This document shows, piece after piece, positions 57,957 through 64,000 of a stretch of DNA of 64,000 bases. Made by a program: the position numbers and the translations under genes. The notes under the pieces were generated by a model that was not told where the DNA came from, did no database searches, and saw nothing but the letters and a program-made list of their open reading frames with translations. Position 1 is the stretch's first letter. Every line of letters starts with the position of its first letter. The DNA comes from Candidatus Poribacteria bacterium (GTDB lineage: Bacteria; Poribacteria; WGA-4E; WGA-3G): positions 2,976,001-3,040,000 of the forward strand of contig OZ242029.1 in NCBI GenBank assembly GCA_965205015.1, in the 5' to 3' direction.

Positions 57957-58546
57957 TATTTTTGCTGGAGATAGGTTGTGAGTAACCGTTTTGGCGGCTC
58001 GTGTTGAATCACTTCAAAGGAAATTAATTTTTCACCGTTCAGTTCTTGTGATTTCTTCTGTAGGGGCGAGGTGACCTCGCCCCTACTCCCAAACCTACTG
58101 CTGGGGGATTGGTAAAGCGTCGCCCCCACCATCGTAAAAACGGCGAAGGTCAGTACAAATATGTAAACTGGACTGCGCGTCCGAATATTGTAGCGGAGTT
58201 TGTCAGCGAACATTGAGCCGTGTCGCGCCCATCCAAGCGATACCCCGATGAACCGTGTGGCATGGGACCAAAGCGAGTCGTATTGTCTCTGGTATTTCGT
58301 TGTGTCCGATACGCGCGCCATGACGCTGCTCAAAAAGTCATCAGAGACTTCGATCTCACCGCCTCGGCGTAGGAAATCGTCGGTTTGCTGCAACCGCTGG
58401 ACCTGATTGGTACAAGTCGCACACTTTTTAAGGTGCTGTCGGATGAGATGGCGTTTCCATACTGGCAATTCTTTATCAATATAAGCTGACAGTTCGTCCC
58501 GGCTCGCAAGCTGCGCTTCACATGTCATCTGTTTATTTTTTTTCAT
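57956..58546 (-). CDS. Zinc-binding anti-sigma factor (zf-HC2/ZAS) with TM
   Basis: LSAYID...HLKKCATC, TM VYIFVLTFAVFTMVG. Confidence 0.83.
   Translation of the reverse strand: MKKNKQMTCEAQLASRDELSAYIDKELPVWKRHLIRQHLKKCATCTNQVQRLQQTDDFLRRGGEIEVSDDFLSSVMARVSDTTKYQRQYDSLWSHATRFIGVSLGWARHGSMFADKLRYNIRTRSPVYIFVLTFAVFTMVGATLYQSPSSRFGSRGEVTSPLQKKSQELNGEKLISFEVIQHEPPKRLLTTYLQQK
58060..58086. repeat. Perfect REP palindrome inside the anti-sigma CDS
   Basis: GTAGGGGCGAGGT-G-ACCTCGCCCCTAC. Confidence 0.78.
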
Positions 58547-59135
58547 TGATACTTTCCTCCGCTATTCCCGCCTTGATGAGCAGTTTTCTCATTTTTTGCC
58601 GCGCGCGGTGAATCAACGCTTTCACAGCACCTACTGAGCATCCCAGAATTTTCGAAACCTCTTCATACTGTAAGTCTTGATAGGTAACGAGCGTGAGTGC
58701 CAGGCGTTGATTTTCTGGTAGCTGTGCGAGTGCTTTGCGGATAATCTGTCTCTGTTCTTTTTTCTCTAAGAGCAGGTCCGGCAGGTAGCGGGTATCCTGC
58801 ATGATGTTGGCATGGTAAACATCTTCGCCTTCTTCGACCAGATCTTCAAAAAAATAGGTGTTTCGACGTGTACGGTTCCGAATCTCATTTCGACACAAAT
58901 TCGTCGCAATTGTATAGAGCCAACTTTTGAAGGATGCCGTCGGCTCATAACGGTTCGCACTTTTGAACACACGCAGGAACGTTTCTTGGGAAAGGTCTTC
59001 CGCGCGTTGATAATCGTCAATGGAGCGGTGAATGTAGTTAATTAAAGGGTTCTGATATCGCCTTACCAGCAGCTCGAAGGCGCTCATATCCCCTTTACTG
59101 CATTTCACCATCAAGTCTTCATCCGAAACAAACAT
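58533..59135 (-). CDS. ECF sigma-70 factor
   Basis: AEDLSQETFLRV, FKSWLYTIATN, AVKALIHRAR. Confidence 0.92.
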   Translation of the reverse strand: MFVSDEDLMVKCSKGDMSAFELLVRRYQNPLINYIHRSIDDYQRAEDLSQETFLRVFKSANRYEPTASFKSWLYTIATNLCRNEIRNRTRRNTYFFEDLVEEGEDVYHANIMQDTRYLPDLLLEKKEQRQIIRKALAQLPENQRLALTLVTYQDLQYEEVSKILGCSVGAVKALIHRARQKMRKLLIKAGIAEESINEKK

Positions 59136-59224
59136 TTTTTTAATTTACCTTGCGAATAAGCGTCGGGCTTTATTTTAACGGGTTTCGTGTTCGAGTTCGG
59201 TTGTTGCAAGCTGCGTTTTTGGTA
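59136..59224 (-). repeat. Repeated leader element ending at ATG (copy C)
   Basis: TACCAAAAACGCAGCTTGCAACAAC...CTCGAACACG...CTTATTCGCAAGGTAAATTAAAAAA-ATG. Confidence 0.75.
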
Positions 59225-59232
59225 CGAATCTT

Positions 59233-59829
59233 TCACTTTTCCACGGATGGAGCCCCGGGTTGGGCTTCCGCGCCCTGGTCAAAATCCGATTGAAGTTTCA
59301 ATTTAAGTTTAAGGCGCATCGCTGTTTTATAGGCATTCACGGCTTCACGCCGCTTGCCCTGAAACGTATAGACTGTCCCGAGTTCAGAATGCAACTCAGG
59401 ATGGCTCGGTATAAAACGAATCGCACGCGTGTAAACGTCAATCGCCTCGTCATAGCGTTTGAGCAGCCGATACGTTGCTGCGAGATTGAGGTATGCCGTC
59501 GCTTCGCTCGGTTCGCACGCTATCGCCATTTTGTATGCATCTATTGCCTTTTCATACTCCTCCAGCATAAAATGTGCCAAACCGAGGTGGAAGTGCGCTT
59601 CAGCCGATTCGCGGTTGTACTGGATGACCTGCTGAAATTCTTGAATTGCTGTCGCGTAGTCTCGAACGTTTAAGGCGTCTGCCCCCTGTTTTAAGTGCTT
59701 CGCAGCGGTCTGGTGCGCGTGAATATCGACGCGCCCGCGCTGGATGAGTTCTTTTTGCAATCCGCTTGAAGGCACCGAGGATTTTTCAGGTGTTAAGGCA
59801 CGTTCTACACCGGTTTTACGCTCTTTCAT
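59233..59829 (-). CDS. TPR-repeat protein
   Basis: AEAHFHLGLAH, AYLNLAATY, LHSELGTVY repeats. Confidence 0.85.
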   Translation of the reverse strand: MKERKTGVERALTPEKSSVPSSGLQKELIQRGRVDIHAHQTAAKHLKQGADALNVRDYATAIQEFQQVIQYNRESAEAHFHLGLAHFMLEEYEKAIDAYKMAIACEPSEATAYLNLAATYRLLKRYDEAIDVYTRAIRFIPSHPELHSELGTVYTFQGKRREAVNAYKTAMRLKLKLKLQSDFDQGAEAQPGAPSVEK

Positions 59830-59950
59830 TTTTTAATTTTACCTTGCGGATAAGGAACGTGGGTTAAGACTTTGACGTTCTCGTGTTCGAGTTGCTTGCT
59901 TGTTTTTGCTTGGGTGTTTTTGCGTATTGTTGCAAGCTGGGTTCTTGGTA
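59830..59950 (-). repeat. Repeated leader element ending at ATG (copy D)
   Basis: TACCAAGAACCCAGCTTGCAACAA...CTCGAACACG...CTTATCCGCAAGGTAAAATTAAAAA-ATG. Confidence 0.75.
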
Positions 59951-59973
59951 CTACTTTTTCACAACAGATATTT

Positions 59974-60900
59974 TTACCATGTGATACGGAACCCGATTAC
60001 AAACTCTGCGTATCCATTGCTAAAAAAATCGTAACTGGTGCAAGTGCTATAGTCGTGGTTGTAATACCACGCGCCTCCACATGCCACGCGGAAGTTCCCT
60101 TCATCGTCATACGATGTGTCCGTCCATTCCCATACGTTGCCGACCATATCGTAGCATCCGAATGGACTCACGCCGTCTCTGAAACTAACGACCGGGGTTG
60201 TCGTTCCTGCACCGAGTTCTGCGGTGTTGCACCGCGGTCTGTCAACTTCGTAGCCCCACGGGAAAAGCCTATCGTCCGCACCGCGGGCGGCGTATTGCCA
60301 CTCTGGGAATGTTGGTAGCCTGCCGCCGACGTAACGGGCATAAGCCTCTGCATCCTCACATGTAATCCAGACGACAGGATGGTCACCCCTGTTTTCTGGA
60401 TAGACCCCCTCTGTCCAATCGGGTGGTGGCGTGTGTCCTGTATCCTGAAGAAACCGCTGATACTGGGCGTTGGTTACAGGATAAACCCCAATCTCAAACC
60501 CATCGACTTCCAACGGTGCACATTCTTCGCCGATCTGAGCAACGCCTGTAGGAATATGAACAGTCGCATCTAATACCTGTAGCGCGGCATCACGAATATC
60601 TTTATCCTCGTGTGCGAGTGCATAACCGAGTGGGGATATGACCTCGCCAACCGGCGGTGTTGTGAGTTGCGGTGGCGTCTCCCAACCGAGTTCTGTGCTT
60701 AGCAGCAACCGAGCGGCATCTGACAGCGATTCGTCGAAATGCCACGTCCAATACTCTCGACAGAGTTTTTGAAGGGCATCTGGCGTATCGCTTTTCGTCA
60801 GCGCGATTCGAGATGCACTCGGCTTTTCTATATTTAGGATGTTTTTTATCGTAGTGCTGTTCGTGTGCTCCATAGGTATCATGATACCATAAAGAGGCAT
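59974..60900 (-). CDS. FGE-sulfatase (SUMF1/EgtB-like) domain protein
   Basis: PVTNAQY, HPVVWI, RLPTFPEWQYAARG, DMVGNVWEW, IGFR. Confidence 0.86.
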   Translation of the reverse strand: MPLYGIMIPMEHTNSTTIKNILNIEKPSASRIALTKSDTPDALQKLCREYWTWHFDESLSDAARLLLSTELGWETPPQLTTPPVGEVISPLGYALAHEDKDIRDAALQVLDATVHIPTGVAQIGEECAPLEVDGFEIGVYPVTNAQYQRFLQDTGHTPPPDWTEGVYPENRGDHPVVWITCEDAEAYARYVGGRLPTFPEWQYAARGADDRLFPWGYEVDRPRCNTAELGAGTTTPVVSFRDGVSPFGCYDMVGNVWEWTDTSYDDEGNFRVACGGAWYYNHDYSTCTSYDFFSNGYAEFVIGFRITW

Positions 60901-60945
60901 CTTTAGGCAAACGATTTTGAATTGTGTCTATTTTTCCGAAAGCGT

Positions 60946-60984
60946 TTGGTTCAGGGACAAAATTTCTTGGTTCAGGGACAAAAT
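60946..60984. repeat. 18-bp direct repeat with 21-bp period
   Basis: TTGGTTCAGGGACAAAAT at 60946 and 60967. Confidence 0.7.
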
Positions 60985-61156
60985 GTGTTTCTCAACGGTT
61001 GCGATGCGTCTAAACAACCACACAAATCCGGTGCCATTAAAAATCAACACACCTATATCTATAATTGTTACACCAAACCAACTAAAGTCCATCTATTTCG
61101 CCTTCCGGTTTTTGTGTTTTTTGGCAGAGACATCACGAGAAGATCGCTCTTATCAA

Positions 61157-61954
61157 CTATTGTGGAATCGTTCCTAATCCGGGTATGATAGTGCGCTTAC
61201 CTCTCAGAACGATACCCGTGAGACGTTTCTCATAAAACGATAATTCATCTATTGGGAAACGTTTTTCACTTTCATAAAGCGCATCAAAGAACGCTCTATC
61301 GACATGTGCGTAGGCTCCATCCCAATATATAATCGGCCCTGACTCTGATGGTTGATTAGGTAAATCCTTAAACAATCCCCTACCGGAATAGCGACGATCT
61401 CTCTGAATTAGTTTTTGGGTGGAAGGATCCAGGTTGGAAAATATCACAGTCTCGGTCTCTTTCCATACCATTTCTTCAAGCCCATCAAGATAGTTGTGAT
61501 GGATGTCTGGGACTCCGTATTTGTCAACCGCTTCCTTGATGAGATTATCGGCATTCGGAATCGGTGTGATAGAAAGATAACCTGCTGTCCGCAACCTATT
61601 ATCCTTGAACGTATAAACAAGCTCACAATAGACACCATTAAGTTTACATTTATAGACCAAAACGTTCTCAGCTCTCTTATACACGGTATTCCCCGCTTCA
61701 GCCAGTTCAACGCGTTCTTGACTGAATCCCCATTTCACTTTGCGAAAATGATAACCGCTATCACCCTCAGAGAAGATATTGGAAAGTCTATCGGAAAATG
61801 AAGGTGTCTCAGCGTCACCATCCTCCAGTGGGACGTTTTCGTCCCATGTGGGGTGGTTGGACGGTGAACGTTGTGTCTGTGCACAGCCCGCCAGCAACAC
61901 TGTCAGCGCGAAAATTGTAATTAGCGTGCCTTTCATTGGATTCTCCTTTATCAA
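61157..61954 (-). CDS. Hypothetical lipoprotein
   Basis: LLAGC lipobox; FRKVKWG motif; likely start MKGTL. Confidence 0.7.
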   Translation of the reverse strand: MIKENPMKGTLITIFALTVLLAGCAQTQRSPSNHPTWDENVPLEDGDAETPSFSDRLSNIFSEGDSGYHFRKVKWGFSQERVELAEAGNTVYKRAENVLVYKCKLNGVYCELVYTFKDNRLRTAGYLSITPIPNADNLIKEAVDKYGVPDIHHNYLDGLEEMVWKETETVIFSNLDPSTQKLIQRDRRYSGRGLFKDLPNQPSESGPIIYWDGAYAHVDRAFFDALYESEKRFPIDELSFYEKRLTGIVLRGKRTIIPGLGTIPQ

Positions 61955-62072
61955 GATCTCAAACTGAGATATGTAAGAGGGTTTCCAGTGAAATAACGAT
62001 GGAATGGAGGTCCCTCATAACACTCTTGCCCATATACAATCAATCGTTGAATCAATAGATGGGTCTCAGAGA

Positions 62073-62420
62073 TCAACGCTCTTTCGGGATTTCTAAAAGT
62101 AGTTCAATTTTTTGCCAAACCTCTTTTAAGGTCGCGACAGGTATCTGACAAATAAAAGTTGTTTTTCGTTCTCTCCAAGCCACGCAACGGATTTGGTCTG
62201 CCAAAATAACGCCGGTTACCGCCAAACCCGCCGGGATGGAAACCTCAAAAGGATAACCTTTCGCTTGAGTTGTAATGGGACAGATGACTGCCAAACGGGT
62301 TTTTCTATTATAATCGCTTCTTGATAGCACTACGGCAGGGCGATGTCCGGCTTGCTCTGGTCCTTTCTGTGGCTCCAGGTCAATCCACACTACATCTCCG
62401 CGCCATGGAACGTACGCCAT
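62073..62420 (-). CDS. mazF: MazF/PemK endoribonuclease toxin
   Basis: RGDVVWIDLEPQKGPEQAGHRPAVVLS...CPITTQAKGYPFEV...ILADQIR. Confidence 0.9.
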   Translation of the reverse strand: MAYVPWRGDVVWIDLEPQKGPEQAGHRPAVVLSRSDYNRKTRLAVICPITTQAKGYPFEVSIPAGLAVTGVILADQIRCVAWRERKTTFICQIPVATLKEVWQKIELLLEIPKER

Positions 62421-62428
62421 TACTCTCC

Positions 62429-62899
62429 CTACGTCTCATTTTCCGTTGAAGGTTCTACGTTACCCTCATCGGGCAGATTGTCCTCTGTCACCTGTGCTAA
62501 TAGATCGTCAAGTGTGTGTGTGGATTTTTCGAATTTTGCTGGCGAATATGCTTCTTCGGGAATACGACGAGTCGGGGACGGATCTGTGTGACAATTTTGA
62601 TTGATAGGTGTCGCCTCCACATCCTTACACTGCGCAGCATCTTCCCGCGGATCAAGATCGTTGTAGACATCCATTTCTGGATCGTCCCAGCCAGCACGGC
62701 GCCCGCATTCAATAAGCAAAGCAGTTTGTTCCTCCTCTGTTATTGGACTGTCATCGTAGTATATCCCGTTTTGCAGCTGTTCAAACATCTCAGCGGGTAA
62801 CACAACGTATTCTGCGTTTGTCTCTGGGTTGATCAGGCGGACAAGATTATCTTTGGATTCCTGAATCGCCTGTTGAAGTTCTTTAGAAATTGTGATCAT
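62429..62899 (-). CDS. Putative antitoxin: WDDPEMD-type small protein fused to a MazE-like C-terminus
   Basis: N-terminal ~86 aa paralogous to 63619..63900; tail HTLDDLLAQVTEDNL resembles the MazE toxin-binding segment; directly upstream of mazF. Confidence 0.6.
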   Translation of the reverse strand: MITISKELQQAIQESKDNLVRLINPETNAEYVVLPAEMFEQLQNGIYYDDSPITEEEQTALLIECGRRAGWDDPEMDVYNDLDPREDAAQCKDVEATPINQNCHTDPSPTRRIPEEAYSPAKFEKSTHTLDDLLAQVTEDNLPDEGNVEPSTENET

Positions 62900-63641
62900 T
62901 CTGTTCTCTCCACCCTAAAATTTCAGGGATTTCGGTCAATGTAGTCACTTCGTAGTCAGGTCGGATTTCTGTGTTGTTCGGTGCGCCTTCACGGTTGAGC
63001 CAGACGGAATACGCGCCAGCGTTCCGCGCCCCCGCGACATCGTTTTCGAGTGAGTCTCCGACATGGAGCATCTGTGTGAGTTCACAACCCGCGCGCTCGG
63101 CAGTTATTTCAAAAATTCTTCGATCCGGTTTCTCAACCTGTACATCTTGGGAAAATACAACAAAGGCGAAATATCCCTCAAGTCCACAGCGTTCTGGGTA
63201 GGTATTTCCATTTGAGAGGAGTCCGAGTTTGAAATGTGGCGCCAAAACATCAAAAGTCGGGATGACATCTGGGTATAACTCTATATCTTCAAATCGGTGC
63301 TTCCGATATATTGCATTTAAATGCGCCGCGAGTGCTTTATCTGGGCACCCGACATATTCAAGTGTTCTCTCAAATGCGCGTAGTCTGATTTCTTCAAGAT
63401 TCCAAACTTTGCCCTTTACTTCTTCAGCAAATTGCTCACGAATAGCAATCATTTCGTTAATTGTTAATTTTAGGGTGCGCGGTGTCGGACGCTGTTTTTG
63501 TAGTTCTGTCAATGTATGTTTGAGCGAGTGATGCATGACCTTCCGAAAATCCCACAAAGTCATGTCGCCATCAAAAGAGATAGTTGAAATTTTCAAAGGA
63601 AAATCCACCAGAACTATGTCACCGCGTTGAACTCTCATCAT
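62883..63641 (-). CDS. HAD-family hydrolase with a PemK-like N-terminal stub
   Basis: FDGDMT motif I, LSNGN, EKPD, HVGDSLENDVAGA; begins MMRVQRGDIVLVDFP. Confidence 0.8.
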   Translation of the reverse strand: MMRVQRGDIVLVDFPLKISTISFDGDMTLWDFRKVMHHSLKHTLTELQKQRPTPRTLKLTINEMIAIREQFAEEVKGKVWNLEEIRLRAFERTLEYVGCPDKALAAHLNAIYRKHRFEDIELYPDVIPTFDVLAPHFKLGLLSNGNTYPERCGLEGYFAFVVFSQDVQVEKPDRRIFEITAERAGCELTQMLHVGDSLENDVAGARNAGAYSVWLNREGAPNNTEIRPDYEVTTLTEIPEILGWREQNDHNF

Positions 63642-63900
63642 CCCTCCATGGAACCATGTCGTTGTAAACGTCCATCTCTGGGTCATCCCAACCAATACTG
63701 AGTCCCATTTCAACGAGTAAGGCTGTGCGTTCCTCCTCTGTTATTGGACCGTCATCGTAGTATACCCCCTTTCGCATTTGCTCAAATGTCTCAGCGGGTA
63801 ACACAACATATTCTACATTCGTTTCTGGATCGATCAGACGTATCAGATTGTCCTCAGATTTCTGAACTGCCTCTTGAATTTCCTTAGAGAGTGCTATCAC
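63619..63900 (-). CDS. Small hypothetical protein (putative antitoxin, GWDDPEMDVYN motif)
   Basis: GTG start with GGAGG RBS; paralog of the N-terminus of 62429..62899. Confidence 0.65.
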   Translation of the reverse strand: MIALSKEIQEAVQKSEDNLIRLIDPETNVEYVVLPAETFEQMRKGVYYDDGPITEEERTALLVEMGLSIGWDDPEMDVYNDMVPWRDDESSTR

Positions 63901-63913
63901 GATGGGTCCTCCG

Positions 63914-64000
63914 TTATTGATGCCCGATCGAGGCGTGGATCTGTGCAAACTTCCACAATTCGCCAGTCTTTTCCAAGACACCCGTCATCCGCATGACGAA
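63914..64000 (-). CDS. 3' end of a gene, NTF2/SnoaL-like C-terminus (partial)
   Basis: FVMRMTGVLEKTGELWKFAQIHASIGHQ*. Confidence 0.5.
   Translation of the reverse strand, partial: FVMRMTGVLEKTGELWKFAQIHASIGHQ

Noticed and set aside
1-64000. CRISPR array, tRNA or rRNA genes
   Set aside because: No regularly spaced repeat-spacer series and no recognisable tRNA/rRNA motifs; intergenic gaps are short and explained by promoters or repeats.

Overview
A 64 kb gene-dense bacterial chromosomal segment. Several signatures suggest Candidatus Poribacteria (inference): ECF sigma fusions, a LamG protein with a 'VEAQGKFTTTW' tail, LRR proteins ending in a 'NYPNPFNPETWIPYQL' FlgD-Ig-like domain, CRTAC1/FG-GAP, sulfatase and Uma2. 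Positions 1-13.3 kb are a tandem minus-strand array of paired ABC-2-type permeases alternating with three ECF sigma factor/Asp-box beta-propeller fusions. All three fusions carry an in-frame GGAGG-N5-start at the propeller boundary, and only one has a membrane anchor. Housekeeping and metabolic genes follow (mobA, argS, mtnP, RNase Z-like, trpA, clpB, purN). Accessory elements include a ParA-HEPN pair, a complete IS4-family element (21-bp TIRs, 10-bp TSD), a dockerin-LRR / cytochrome c-LRR-cohesin gene pair, an ECF/anti-sigma/double-vWA operon and a mosaic MazEF/PemK-HAD locus. Intergenic DNA holds several repeat families. GTAG-type REPs occur widely, three of them translated in-frame inside genes. 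A ~90-120 nt element ends exactly at the ATG of four genes, and there are heptamer-repeat elements. No rRNA, tRNA or CRISPR array was recognised. All calls come from visual inspection; no database searches were run.
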